Position numbers and translations under genes: made by a program. Below the pieces are notes generated by a model. That model ran no database searches. It saw only the letters and a program-made list of their open reading frames with translations, and was not told the origin of the DNA. A stretch of 64,000 nt of DNA, taken from the IMG/VR virus record IMGVR_UViG_3300030329_003470, positions 1 to 64,000 of that record. One strand, written 5' to 3'. This DNA comes from a virus. Positions within the stretch are counted from its first letter, which is position 1. Each line of letters begins with the position of its first letter. Positions 46,856 through 56,529 of this stretch are shown here, one piece after another.

Positions 46856-48318
46856 TGTTACATTTTTACGAAGGACAGGTTAGAAAATTTTTAACTCAAT
46901 TTATTAGAGTTTTGAGTAATTTTTCTGTAGAAACAGGAAGAAATAAAACTGACGAAATTGTTTTAAGGGCAGTTCCAGTTGTATACGGAGACCCAACGAG
47001 ACAAGTAGCAAATATCATTAGAAATAATAGTGAAAATGCATTAAATTATGTGCCAAAAATTGCTTGTTATGTTAGAGAATTAAATTATGATAGAGAAAGA
47101 ATGCAGAATCCTTATCATATTGAGAAACAACATTTAAGACAAAGAGACAAATTAGATGATGGTACTTACAGTAATCAACTAGGTGCAGGATATACTGTTG
47201 AAAAAGTTATGCCTTCTCCATTTAGATTAGAAGTTACAGCAGACATTTGGACATCAAATACAGATCAAAAACTACAAGTATTAGAACAAATTTTGTATTT
47301 GTTTAATCCTGATTTTGAAATTCAAAAATCAGACAACTATATTGACTGGACAAGTTTAAGTTATGTTGAATTAACAGGCATAACATTTAGTTCTAGAACG
47401 ATACCAGTTGGTGCAGACACAGAAATTGACATAGCATCATTAACTTTCTCTATGCCAATATGGTTATCACCTCCAGTTAAAGTAAAAAAATTAGGTGTTA
47501 TACAAAAAATTATAATGAGCATTTATGATGATGACGGTGGAATTACTAAAGGACTAATAGACGGTACTATGTTAACAAGAAGTTATGTAACACCAAACAA
47601 TTATGCATTATTAGTTACAGGAAATCAATTAAGACTGTTAGGTTCAACAGGTACAACTGTGTCAAGTACAGATCCTGGAATAGGTTCAGGAGGATCTGGA
47701 TATTATACAGGTGCTAGAGATCCAGGATTAGCAGATCCATTTGAAACATTTGGGCCAGCAATTAATTGGAAACTTCTTTTAGATCAGTATGGCAAGGTTA
47801 GAAATGATACATCACAAATTAGATTAAAACAACCAACTGGAAACGAAATTGTTGGAACTATTGCCACTAGTTCTTTAGAAGATACTATTTTATTATACAA
47901 CATTGACCAAGACACTATTCCAGCAAATACATTAACATCAGTTAAAAAAATAATTAATCCATTAACGTTTGCTCCAGACTCGCCAGCAAATGGAGACAGA
48001 TATCTAATTATTGACGAAATAGGCGACTCCACAGCAACAGTGCAAAGTTCTACTTGGGGAACATTGATTGCATCAGTTGGTGATATAATTGAATATAGCA
48101 CTCCACAAAGTAAATGGATAAAAGTTTTTGATGCATCAGATCCTGATTCTACACAGCATTACGTTACAAATTCTAATACAGGAATACAATATAGATTTAA
48201 TGGAACAGAATGGGTTAAATCATATGAAGGACTTTATACTGCTGGTAATTGGAGTATTGTAATTGACGGTGGTTATGTTGGAAACGTTGATTCTGGTCAA
48301 GACGAAACTACTCCTTGA
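46855..48318 (+). CDS. gp15: Tail terminator/sheath stabiliser, gp15-like, with C-terminal extension
   Basis: HFY.GQ.R.FL.QF, VPV.YG, P.P..L, Q.LQ.LEQIL..FNP. Confidence 0.8.
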   Translation: MLHFYEGQVRKFLTQFIRVLSNFSVETGRNKTDEIVLRAVPVVYGDPTRQVANIIRNNSENALNYVPKIACYVRELNYDRERMQNPYHIEKQHLRQRDKLDDGTYSNQLGAGYTVEKVMPSPFRLEVTADIWTSNTDQKLQVLEQILYLFNPDFEIQKSDNYIDWTSLSYVELTGITFSSRTIPVGADTEIDIASLTFSMPIWLSPPVKVKKLGVIQKIIMSIYDDDGGITKGLIDGTMLTRSYVTPNNYALLVTGNQLRLLGSTGTTVSSTDPGIGSGGSGYYTGARDPGLADPFETFGPAINWKLLLDQYGKVRNDTSQIRLKQPTGNEIVGTIATSSLEDTILLYNIDQDTIPANTLTSVKKIINPLTFAPDSPANGDRYLIIDEIGDSTATVQSSTWGTLIASVGDIIEYSTPQSKWIKVFDASDPDSTQHYVTNSNTGIQYRFNGTEWVKSYEGLYTAGNWSIVIDGGYVGNVDSGQDETTP

Positions 48319-48343
48319 TAAAATAACAATAAATTGTTATAAT
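48315..48343 (+). promoter_or_regulatory. Sigma70-like promoter giving a probably leaderless NUDIX mRNA
   Basis: TTGATA, 17 nt, TGn-TATAAT; ATG only 5 nt after the -10; no SD. Confidence 0.65.
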
Positions 48344-48348
48344 AAGTT

Positions 48349-48777
48349 ATGAAAGAAAATATAATTTGTTCAGGTGCATTATTCTATGCTACAAGTACAA
48401 AACGTTTTTTGTTTTTGCAAAGAACTGACGAAAAAACACAAGGTAGTTGGGGATTAGTTGGTGGACAAGCACGTACTACTGAATCAGCATTTGAAGGATT
48501 AAAAAGAGAAATTGAAGAAGAAATTGGTAGTACGCCAGTATTTAAAAAAGTAATTCCTTTAGAATTATTCACTTCAAATGATCAAAAATTTTTCTTTCAT
48601 ACGTATCTTATTGCAGTTGAAAATGAATTTATTCCTAAATTAAATGAAGAACATTCTGGATATTGTTGGACTGCTTTTGAATGTTGGCCTAAAAATTTAC
48701 ACGCAGGTCTAAAAAATACTTTGAATAACAAAGCAATTAAAGGTAAACTTCAAACTATTTTAGATTTAATTGTCTAA
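48349..48777 (+). CDS. NUDIX hydrolase
   Basis: WGLVGG.....ESAFEGLKREIEEEIG Nudix box. Confidence 0.9.
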   Translation: MKENIICSGALFYATSTKRFLFLQRTDEKTQGSWGLVGGQARTTESAFEGLKREIEEEIGSTPVFKKVIPLELFTSNDQKFFFHTYLIAVENEFIPKLNEEHSGYCWTAFECWPKNLHAGLKNTLNNKAIKGKLQTILDLIV

Positions 48778-48806
48778 AAAAAAAGGCGACCCGAAAGCCG
48801 CCTTTT
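48776..48806. terminator. Bidirectional intrinsic terminator
   Basis: A9-GGCGAC-CCGAAA-GCCGCC-TTTT between convergent genes; nearly the same stem as the capsid terminator. Confidence 0.85.
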
Positions 48807-48833
48807 AATTCTATTAAAAAGTATTAATATTTA

Positions 48834-49889
48834 TTAGTTGTTAGTTCTCACTACACAATTTACCAGGCCAATTTCTGAATCAGTTTTGCTTTCTAATGCT
48901 CTACCAATTACATGGAAAGGATTGATTGATTCGCCAGTTGCAACTGCTCTTGCAGTTCCTTTAACTGAACTAGAAACAAGTCTTTGTCCTTTTTCTACTG
49001 TACCTTGAACTCTTACTGGTACTCTACCTGTCATTGCAATAAATGGATGTGAATCATCGTTACCTGCACCGTTGTTCATTCTAAGTGCTGGCATTGTAGA
49101 AACTACACCAAATACAGTGTCCTGTAATTCTGATGTTGTTTCTGTGATCTCTGCTTCACCGCCTAGTGTTACAACTGCACCTTCTGCCATAGGAGCGTCT
49201 GCTTCGAAACGCTCGCCAACGTCAGAATAGTTAGCCGCTGTCGCTGTTGCGTGAATAACGTTACATCTAATATCAACAAGATTTGCTTCTGATATTGTTA
49301 TTTCACTGGCATTGTCAGCACCTGAAGATGCTCTTAATGCCGAGAAGGCTCCACCTGCGTTACCGTAAGTAGTTGTTCCGTCATCTGCAAATGATTCATC
49401 CCAAACCCAGAAAAGATCTTCTTCTGTTGCTGATGATGTTTCACCTCTGTTTACTTTCAGACCACTTAATACTGGCATACCAGATGCCGCAGAAATGTTT
49501 CTGTTTACTGCTATAATGTTATCTTCAACTTCTAGTGTTGAAGTGTTAACGATTGTGTTAGTTCCATTTACTTCTAAGTCTCCTGTGATTATCACATTCC
49601 CTGAAAACGTTGCCGCTGTGTCAGTGATTGTTAATTCAGTGTTACCGTCACAAGTTACAGTCAAAGTTCCGTTTGAACCTGAGTCTGATACAGTTGCGTT
49701 GGTGTTGTTTACTGTAATCGCAGTAGTTGAAATGGCACTAATTTGGTCGTCAACATACTTTTTGTTAGCGAACTGACCGTCAGCATTTGGTGCCGCTGTC
49801 GCTCCGCCTGTAATGGTGTTAGCATTCGCTGATATTGTAATATCACCTACTTCTAATCCATTATTAACTCTAAAGTTACGTGTTGTCAT
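48834..49889 (-). CDS. Tail fibre/spike protein with C-terminal peptidase-G2/IMC-like chaperone domain
   Basis: Thr/Ser/Gly-rich beta repeats, NKKYVD, then YSDVGERF...GVVST.P...IAMTGRVPV.V.G...GQRLVSS. Confidence 0.75.
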   Translation of the reverse strand: MTTRNFRVNNGLEVGDITISANANTITGGATAAPNADGQFANKKYVDDQISAISTTAITVNNTNATVSDSGSNGTLTVTCDGNTELTITDTAATFSGNVIITGDLEVNGTNTIVNTSTLEVEDNIIAVNRNISAASGMPVLSGLKVNRGETSSATEEDLFWVWDESFADDGTTTYGNAGGAFSALRASSGADNASEITISEANLVDIRCNVIHATATAANYSDVGERFEADAPMAEGAVVTLGGEAEITETTSELQDTVFGVVSTMPALRMNNGAGNDDSHPFIAMTGRVPVRVQGTVEKGQRLVSSSVKGTARAVATGESINPFHVIGRALESKTDSEIGLVNCVVRTNN

Positions 49890-49943
49890 GGTTCCATATC
49901 TCCCGCATGATTGTTAATTTACGTATTAGTTACGTGCTTGTAT

Positions 49944-52901
49944 TTATTTCGCTAAACAGTTTATTCTGTATGCACTAACAGTTGTTGATCCACCTGATGT
50001 GGATGCACATAATAACTGTCCTGTGTTTTCAACATCGTCTTTGTAGTCCGATGTAAATGCTAGTTGGTTAGTACCTTTAGTACTCACAAATGGACCACTT
50101 GCTACTGTTATTTCACCTGATCCCATTGCCATAAAAACTTCATTAACTGCATAAGCGCCTTCAGAAGCATTTTTACTAACAAGATAATATACAGCACCGT
50201 TGTTTGATGCTTCAACTAATGTGTCAACTTCTGTTGCAGTAGATGAAATTGTTACAGGTGCTATTGCTTCTGTATTTGCATAAGTTCCGTCGTCTGAAGT
50301 CATTGTGTCTTTTAACATAATTGCATGAACAGTTACTCTTAAGTTTGCTTCGCCACCTGCCGCTGAAACAACAACGTTACTGCCATCAATTGCCGCTGTT
50401 AGTGTTAACAAAGGATTATCTCCAGTTTGTATTCCACCAAATTGTGATATAAATGCATCACTTCCGTCATGAACAACAAGTGCTTCAACGTTTCCTACTT
50501 CTGTTTTAGCATTGTTATTGATTGAAATGAAAAGTTTTGCACCTCTGTAAGTGCCATGAGCAAAACTTACAAGTGATTCTGATGCTGAATCAACATCTGT
50601 GTTTTGAGATATGATTACATTTCCTGATGTTCCAGTTGATGTGTTGTCTCCCAATCCAAATTTGTAAAAAGATAATGTACCGCCAACAGCATTTGAACTT
50701 GCCGCTTTTAATCTAACCATATCGTTATCTAGTGCCGCTGTAAATGCCGTCATTGTTGTTGATGCTTTTGATTGAGCACCTGCTGAACTAATGTATGCTG
50801 TGGTATCATCATGACATACTGAAACTTTTTGTATGTTTACACAGTCCTCATTGTGATCATTTGATACAACATAATATAAAACACTGTCTTGGAATGTTGA
50901 ATGCCATGAATCAATTGTTCTTGCTGTTGATGTAATTCTTTTATCCGCAATAGCAACACCGGCACCGTCGTCACTAGCAGATGCATCTCCTACAGTACTA
51001 AATGATAATGCTCCCGATCCATCTGTTACAAGTGCTGTACCATTAGTACCATCTGATGTTGGAAATGTATAAGCATCATTAAATTTAACTTGACCTGTTC
51101 CATGTGGAACAAGATTAATATCTGCGTTGGATCCTCCAGTTGTAATCTGATTGTCGCTGACAGTAATTGCATTTGATCCAGACATTATAAAACTTGTTGC
51201 TGTAATTGTACCAGCACCTGTAACGTTTGCACCACTAAATGTTAATGCTGTTGTACTAGATGAACTTGATTTAATAACAACTTCACCACCACTATTTGTT
51301 ATGCCACCAAAAGTAGTTCCGTCATCTTTGAAAGTAATATCAGCACCACCGGCGTCTAAAATTATATCTGCCGCGGCATCTATTGTTACATTGTTAGAAG
51401 TTGAAATTGTTAAATCTGTTCCGTCACCTTCAATCTTTTCACCATCATTACCAAATGTTAATCCTATGTCTGCTGGTAAGTTTACATCTGCACCTGCAGT
51501 CAAATTAATATCTCCAGTACCTGTTGGGTCTAAAGTAATATCAGCATTTGAACCATTAGATACAATGTCATTTGTTGTAACTGAAGTTGCTGTTAGTGTT
51601 CCTGTTACTGTTGGTGTTGAAATTGTTGGACTTGTTATAGTTTTATTTGTTAAAGTTTGTGAACCTGTTAATGTTGCAACTGTTGAATCAATTGCAAACG
51701 TTACTGCGTTGCCTGATCCTGATGTGTCAATACCTGTTCCACCAGTAAACGTCATTGTTTCTGAATCTAGATCAATTGAAAGAGCACCACCTGAATCACC
51801 TTGAAAGTCTAAGTCTGATGCTGTAACCTGTGCATCAACATATGCTTTGATTGATTGCTGTGTTGCTAGTAGTGTGTCACTGTTAGAAGTTAAATCATCT
51901 TCGTCTGCTATACCTGTTACTGTTGCACCACTTGCCAATGCTAATGATGTTGATGATGCTAATGCACCTGATACTGTTGCTGTACCATCAACTATTAATG
52001 CTTCATTAATATTAATTGTAGATGAATCAGATGAATCAAGTGTAGTTCCGTTTACTCTTAACGCACTGATTAGTACGTCACCTGTACCACTTGGTTGTAA
52101 ACTTAAATCTGCGTTTGAACCATTTGAAGTAATTGCGTTTGTTGTTAAAGCACCTGTTGTAACTCCACCAGTAAATGTTGCCGCTCCGGTTACTGCTAAC
52201 GTTGTTGAAATAGTTGCCGCACCAGAAATTCCAAGAGTACTTCCGTCAAATGTTAGGTTTGCTTCACCTTGAAGTGCATGAGCACCTGTCACAGTTGCTA
52301 TTGTATTATCTGTTGAACCTGTTAGTGCCGCTTTTGTATCTGCATATGCTTTGATTGATTGTTGAGTTGCTAGTGCTGTGGCACTGTCAGTACCCATAGC
52401 ATCTTCATCAAGTATTGCTGTAACAGTTGCACCGCTTGCCAGTGCTAAACTTGTTGATGATGCTAATGCACCTGAAACTGTTAATGTTCCGTCAACAATA
52501 GTATTTTCATTTATGTTAATTGTAGATGAATCTGATGAGTCTAGTGTTGTACCATTTACTCTTAATGCACTTAAAACTATATCACCTGTACCACTTGGTT
52601 GAATGCTTATATCTGCATTTGATCCATTAGATGTAATTGAGTTTGTAGTAATTGCACCTGGAGAAATTGTTCCAGTAAAAGTACCACTAAAAGTACCGCC
52701 ATTAATTGTTGGACTTGTTAAAGTTTTATTTGTTAAAGTCTGTGATGCTGTTGCACTAACAATTTGATAACCACCTGCTGTTGATCCGTCATGTATTCTT
52801 AGAGTATTAGTAGTTGTATCAAAAGAAATTTCACCTGCCGCTCCTGTAAAGGAGTTGTTTTGTGTAGTGTTTCCTCTTCTAAGTTGTAGTGTTGTTGGCA
52901 T
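49944..52901 (-). CDS. Long fibre protein with Mtd-N-like N-terminus and internal tandem modules
   Basis: LQLRRG...FTGAAGEI.FDT..TLRIHDG.TAGG start; duplicated 107-aa module; ATQQSIKAY motifs. Confidence 0.8.
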   Translation of the reverse strand: MPTTLQLRRGNTTQNNSFTGAAGEISFDTTTNTLRIHDGSTAGGYQIVSATASQTLTNKTLTSPTINGGTFSGTFTGTISPGAITTNSITSNGSNADISIQPSGTGDIVLSALRVNGTTLDSSDSSTININENTIVDGTLTVSGALASSTSLALASGATVTAILDEDAMGTDSATALATQQSIKAYADTKAALTGSTDNTIATVTGAHALQGEANLTFDGSTLGISGAATISTTLAVTGAATFTGGVTTGALTTNAITSNGSNADLSLQPSGTGDVLISALRVNGTTLDSSDSSTININEALIVDGTATVSGALASSTSLALASGATVTGIADEDDLTSNSDTLLATQQSIKAYVDAQVTASDLDFQGDSGGALSIDLDSETMTFTGGTGIDTSGSGNAVTFAIDSTVATLTGSQTLTNKTITSPTISTPTVTGTLTATSVTTNDIVSNGSNADITLDPTGTGDINLTAGADVNLPADIGLTFGNDGEKIEGDGTDLTISTSNNVTIDAAADIILDAGGADITFKDDGTTFGGITNSGGEVVIKSSSSSTTALTFSGANVTGAGTITATSFIMSGSNAITVSDNQITTGGSNADINLVPHGTGQVKFNDAYTFPTSDGTNGTALVTDGSGALSFSTVGDASASDDGAGVAIADKRITSTARTIDSWHSTFQDSVLYYVVSNDHNEDCVNIQKVSVCHDDTTAYISSAGAQSKASTTMTAFTAALDNDMVRLKAASSNAVGGTLSFYKFGLGDNTSTGTSGNVIISQNTDVDSASESLVSFAHGTYRGAKLFISINNNAKTEVGNVEALVVHDGSDAFISQFGGIQTGDNPLLTLTAAIDGSNVVVSAAGGEANLRVTVHAIMLKDTMTSDDGTYANTEAIAPVTISSTATEVDTLVEASNNGAVYYLVSKNASEGAYAVNEVFMAMGSGEITVASGPFVSTKGTNQLAFTSDYKDDVENTGQLLCASTSGGSTTVSAYRINCLAK
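51834..52658 (-). repeat. Two 321-nt direct repeat units (51834-52154 and 52338-52658), period 504 nt
   Basis: GA.TTN.ITSNGSNAD...SIKAY.D duplicated in the translation and visible in DNA. Confidence 0.85.
52343..52390. repeat. 48-nt exact repeat, copy 1 (copy 2 at 55045-55092 in a different gene)
   Basis: CATATGCTTTGATTGATTGTTGAGTTGCTAGTGCTGTGGCACTGTCAG identical at both sites. Confidence 0.9.
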
Positions 52902-52940
52902 TATTTGTTCCTATTTCCTATATTTATTGCGTTATTCATA

Positions 52941-54326
52941 TTATGATGCTACACTTCCTAGATCTACTGATGTTGTTGAGCCTCTTGGCTCCATTTGATC
53001 ATACAAATCTGCTGTTGGAACACTAAAAGCGTCAGTGATCGATGTTGTTAGATCTCCCAAATCAGCATCTCCTGATGCCGCTGGGTGTGTTGGTGTTGTT
53101 GATTCTGGAAAACTAGTATCATCTGTAGTTGCTAATGTTCCTGATTTATTTGGTAAACTGATTGTTCTATCTGCTGTTGGATCTACAACTGTAAGGGTTG
53201 TTTCGTTAGCACTATCAGTTGCACCTTCAAAAATTATTGTAGCATCTTCTCCTAGTACTACATTGCCAGTAGTTGTAACTACTCCTGCTTGTATATTTGC
53301 ATATGAATCAAGAGTTACGTTACCTGATGTTGTTCCATCTTCTCCAGATGTTACTGCAAAAACGAATTGATCTGCTGATTCATCCCATAAAAACGAAACG
53401 TTACTTAATGATCCTCTATTAAAAAATAATCCTTGGTCCATTGAGTTAGCAACACCACCTGAATTATTTTTTGCTAATTCTAGTAATGGATCTTCAACAA
53501 CTAACGTTGTTGTTTCTAGTGTTGTTTGTGTACCAGTAACAGTTAAATTTCCTGTAATAGTTGTGTTGGCGTTAAGAGCAATATCACCAGATCCACTTGG
53601 ATCTAAAGTTATATCTGCATTTGATGGTGAAATTATAGTTGAACCTGTAAATGTAAAATCACCAACTGATACTGTACCAAATGTTACTGCACCTGATCCG
53701 TCAGTTTGTAATACTTGTCCTGCACTTCCATCAGATGATGGTAGAGTATAAGCACCATTAATATTAACTTTTCCTGATCCACTTGGATCTAATACAAAAT
53801 CAGCATTACTTGGTGTTGTAATAGTTGATCCTACTATTGTTAAATCTCCTAGAGATAAGTTTGCAAATGATAACGTTCCAGAACCATCTGTTTTAAGGAA
53901 TTGTCCTGTACTTCCATCTGACGATGGATACGTTAATCCTGCTAAACTTACAGCACCTGATACGTTTAAAGTACCATCTACAATTAAACCTTCGTTTATG
54001 TTAATTGATGATGAGTCACTTGAACTAAATGTTGTACCACGTACTGTGATTTCATCTAGTACTATGTTACCTGTACCTGATGTTGTGAATGTTAAATCTG
54101 CGTTTGTGGGTGCTACTAAATTTGTAATAGAGATATCACCTTCAGCACCAAACTCTAATCCAGATGCCGCCGCATTTACTTTTAATACCTGACCTGCTGA
54201 ACCAATTGATGAAAGACCTGTACCACCACTTGCTACTGGAACTGTTTCGCCCGACTGGAATTCTGCCAATCCAGTGGCCACATTAGAATTGTTATAGACT
54301 ACCCGTACCGGTGTTTTATCCGCCAT
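52941..54326 (-). CDS. Fibre-like virion protein
   Basis: Repeated PSNAD.TL.PSGSG and P.SDG..GQ.L.TDGSG modules; EDP..EL and WDES.D motifs shared with neighbours. Confidence 0.75.
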   Translation of the reverse strand: MADKTPVRVVYNNSNVATGLAEFQSGETVPVASGGTGLSSIGSAGQVLKVNAAASGLEFGAEGDISITNLVAPTNADLTFTTSGTGNIVLDEITVRGTTFSSSDSSSININEGLIVDGTLNVSGAVSLAGLTYPSSDGSTGQFLKTDGSGTLSFANLSLGDLTIVGSTITTPSNADFVLDPSGSGKVNINGAYTLPSSDGSAGQVLQTDGSGAVTFGTVSVGDFTFTGSTIISPSNADITLDPSGSGDIALNANTTITGNLTVTGTQTTLETTTLVVEDPLLELAKNNSGGVANSMDQGLFFNRGSLSNVSFLWDESADQFVFAVTSGEDGTTSGNVTLDSYANIQAGVVTTTGNVVLGEDATIIFEGATDSANETTLTVVDPTADRTISLPNKSGTLATTDDTSFPESTTPTHPAASGDADLGDLTTSITDAFSVPTADLYDQMEPRGSTTSVDLGSVAS

Positions 54327-54403
54327 AAATTAGTTCTGTGCCCAACCTTATTGTACTCGTTGGATGCATTCCCCTTTGCTTTATAGTAATATTTATGGTT
54401 AAA

Positions 54404-55429
54404 TTAGAATTGAAACAGCGTCACTCTAGACGTATATTGTGTAGATAATGCACTGCCGTCGTTTAAGGTAAATGTTTGTCCTGCTTCTGTAAACACTGGC
54501 ACTTCTTCAACTGTGCCATTAAATTCTAGTTCTAAATCGCCATCTGTAGCCAAAAGTTGAGCATCAGTGAACGAAGTACTGCCATCACTAGTATACACAT
54601 TTACTAATTGTATAGGTCTGTTAGCAGTTGCAGAAGTTTTTCCTTGTAACTGTATCCCTTGGGTTGTATCACCTGACTTTACTTTAGATCCAGTTGGTAG
54701 TGTAGCACCTGTTGCCGCAATTTCAATAGTACCAGTTCCGTCTGATGAAATAGTTGCTCCACCAATATCTAGTGTTTCTGCAGATAGATATGCTGTTTGC
54801 CATCTTCTAGATGATGATCCTAATTGATATATTCCATCAGCACTTGGTATTAAATTTCCTGTAATTTCAATTCCTGCACTTGAATCTGTTGTACTAATAA
54901 CGTTTCCTGCAATACTTAATCCTTCAATTTGAACTGCCGCACCAGATGAAACTAATGTTAAAGGTGCATTTGAAGGTGCTGAAATAGTTGCTCCAACAAA
55001 CGAAACATCTCCTGTACTGCCACCACCGCCACTGTTATTATCAACATATGCTTTGATTGATTGTTGAGTTGCTAGTGCTGTGGCACTGTCAGAACTCATG
55101 TCATCTTCGTCTAATATTGTTGTTACGCCAGTACCAGAACCAATTTGAAATGTATCATCAACAACAACACTACCCGATCCTGATGTTGTTAATGTTAAAT
55201 TTGCATTTGAAGGTGCTGTTAATGTTGATCCAGTTGCTGATAAATCTCCTAAACTTGTAGATGATCCACCACCGCCACTAGTGTTAGCAATTTCAGTACC
55301 TCCTGCAGTTTCGCCGTCACCAATTCTTAAACTTCCAGTGTCAACGTCTACTGCTAGATATCCTTTTTCAATAATGTGTGTTGCTATGTTGTAGTCTTTG
55401 TAGGAACCTACTAGTTTTCTGAATGCCAT
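54404..55429 (-). CDS. Fibre-like virion protein with Mtd-N-like start
   Basis: DVDTGSLRIGDGETAGG; DSATALATQQSIKAYVD module. Confidence 0.7.
   Translation of the reverse strand: MAFRKLVGSYKDYNIATHIIEKGYLAVDVDTGSLRIGDGETAGGTEIANTSGGGGSSTSLGDLSATGSTLTAPSNANLTLTTSGSGSVVVDDTFQIGSGTGVTTILDEDDMSSDSATALATQQSIKAYVDNNSGGGGSTGDVSFVGATISAPSNAPLTLVSSGAAVQIEGLSIAGNVISTTDSSAGIEITGNLIPSADGIYQLGSSSRRWQTAYLSAETLDIGGATISSDGTGTIEIAATGATLPTGSKVKSGDTTQGIQLQGKTSATANRPIQLVNVYTSDGSTSFTDAQLLATDGDLELEFNGTVEEVPVFTEAGQTFTLNDGSALSTQYTSRVTLFQF
55045..55092. repeat. 48-nt exact repeat, copy 2
   Basis: Identical to 52343-52390. Confidence 0.9.
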
Positions 55430-55438
55430 TTACGCTCC

Positions 55439-55885
55439 TTAATTTTGGCCAGATAATGTCTTTAGTCTTTGTACAAATTCACTTTCGTTTTTTGGTTCTT
55501 TGTTCTTCATACCTGCAGGGACACCTGGATTTCCTCCCGCACCATCTGTTTTTTCTGGCTCTTTTACAAGTGGTTCGTCTTTTCTAACATCTTGGTCAGG
55601 TGCAGATTCGTCTGCGTCTTGATTAATATTATTAAATTGTCCTAAGTCTTTTCCTGCTTCTTGTTTTTTAAGTTCTAATTCTTGTTGTTGTGGATAAACT
55701 GATGGCACAGTGTTTGGATCATCTGATGCAACTTTACCTGGATTATCTCCATTATCATCTGCAGGTTTTTCATCTGTGTCAGTTGAAACAGATGCTTTTT
55801 TTGAACCAATTAATTGATTTAAAATTGCTTCGTCTTCAGCATCTGGTATTGCTTTTATATTGATATCAATTTCTTTATATCTCAT
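55439..55885 (-). CDS. Acidic low-complexity hypothetical protein
   Basis: 148-aa ORF, D/E/P-rich. Confidence 0.6.
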   Translation of the reverse strand: MRYKEIDINIKAIPDAEDEAILNQLIGSKKASVSTDTDEKPADDNGDNPGKVASDDPNTVPSVYPQQQELELKKQEAGKDLGQFNNINQDADESAPDQDVRKDEPLVKEPEKTDGAGGNPGVPAGMKNKEPKNESEFVQRLKTLSGQN

Positions 55886-55891
55886 AATTTA

Positions 55892-56527
55892 TTATCCAGC
55901 ACTAATTTTTACAGTACCGCTATCGTTCCAAAGTTGGCCTTCGTTGTTAGGATCGCTTGTTGGCAAGTCAGTTGCCATAACTTTTCCTGATTCATTAACC
56001 ATTACAGTTCCGGCTTGATCTGGAAAATCAATATCTCTTCTTCCAGTAGCCTTTCTACCAAACAATCTAATTTTTTTATAACCTGCCGCCTGTAACATTA
56101 ACGGTTTATCTACGTGAACAAGTACCCCATCGTTTTGTACAACTAACATTGATTTATGTTGTCCACCAACTCTTATTGTAAATGTTAAGTTAGAATCGTC
56201 ACCGTTTTTTGTTGCGTCTTTAATTATTGAATGAATACTTGCATATCGGATTTGATCACCGTCGGAGTTTCTGCCTTTCCATTGTATTTTTCCTATTTGA
56301 TCACCTTTTGCTGGACTGGCAGAATCTCTATCAAATGTCATATGAGGACCAGCGGCAGAAGTATCTGCTTTAGTGATCATCAATATATTATTTTCACTTG
56401 TGGATGTATTTTTTACAACAAGTTTTTCTAACACTTGTTTTTTATGTACATCAACGTCGTCGTCTAGTTGAGGTTTATATGTGCTTTCGCCGTCTTCGAC
56501 TTTTAATAATGAATATGTCTTAGGCAT
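55892..56527 (-). CDS. Hypothetical fibre-associated protein
   Basis: R.S.SPA.GD.IG.I.W.G and LPTSDP...GQLWNDSGTVKIS motifs typical of fibre segments. Confidence 0.55.
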   Translation of the reverse strand: MPKTYSLLKVEDGESTYKPQLDDDVDVHKKQVLEKLVVKNTSTSENNILMITKADTSAAGPHMTFDRDSASPAKGDQIGKIQWKGRNSDGDQIRYASIHSIIKDATKNGDDSNLTFTIRVGGQHKSMLVVQNDGVLVHVDKPLMLQAAGYKKIRLFGRKATGRRDIDFPDQAGTVMVNESGKVMATDLPTSDPNNEGQLWNDSGTVKISAG

Positions 56528-56529
56528 TA

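Noticed and set aside
49874-49908. 10-codon upstream ORF (MREIWNHDNT) overlapping the fibre start
   Set aside because: No SD for its ATG; such short frames are expected by chance.
49944-55429. Diversity-generating retroelement, suggested by Mtd-N-like starts and repeats
   Set aside because: No reverse transcriptase in the window; repeat differences are not restricted to adenines; repeats are not at C-terminal variable regions.
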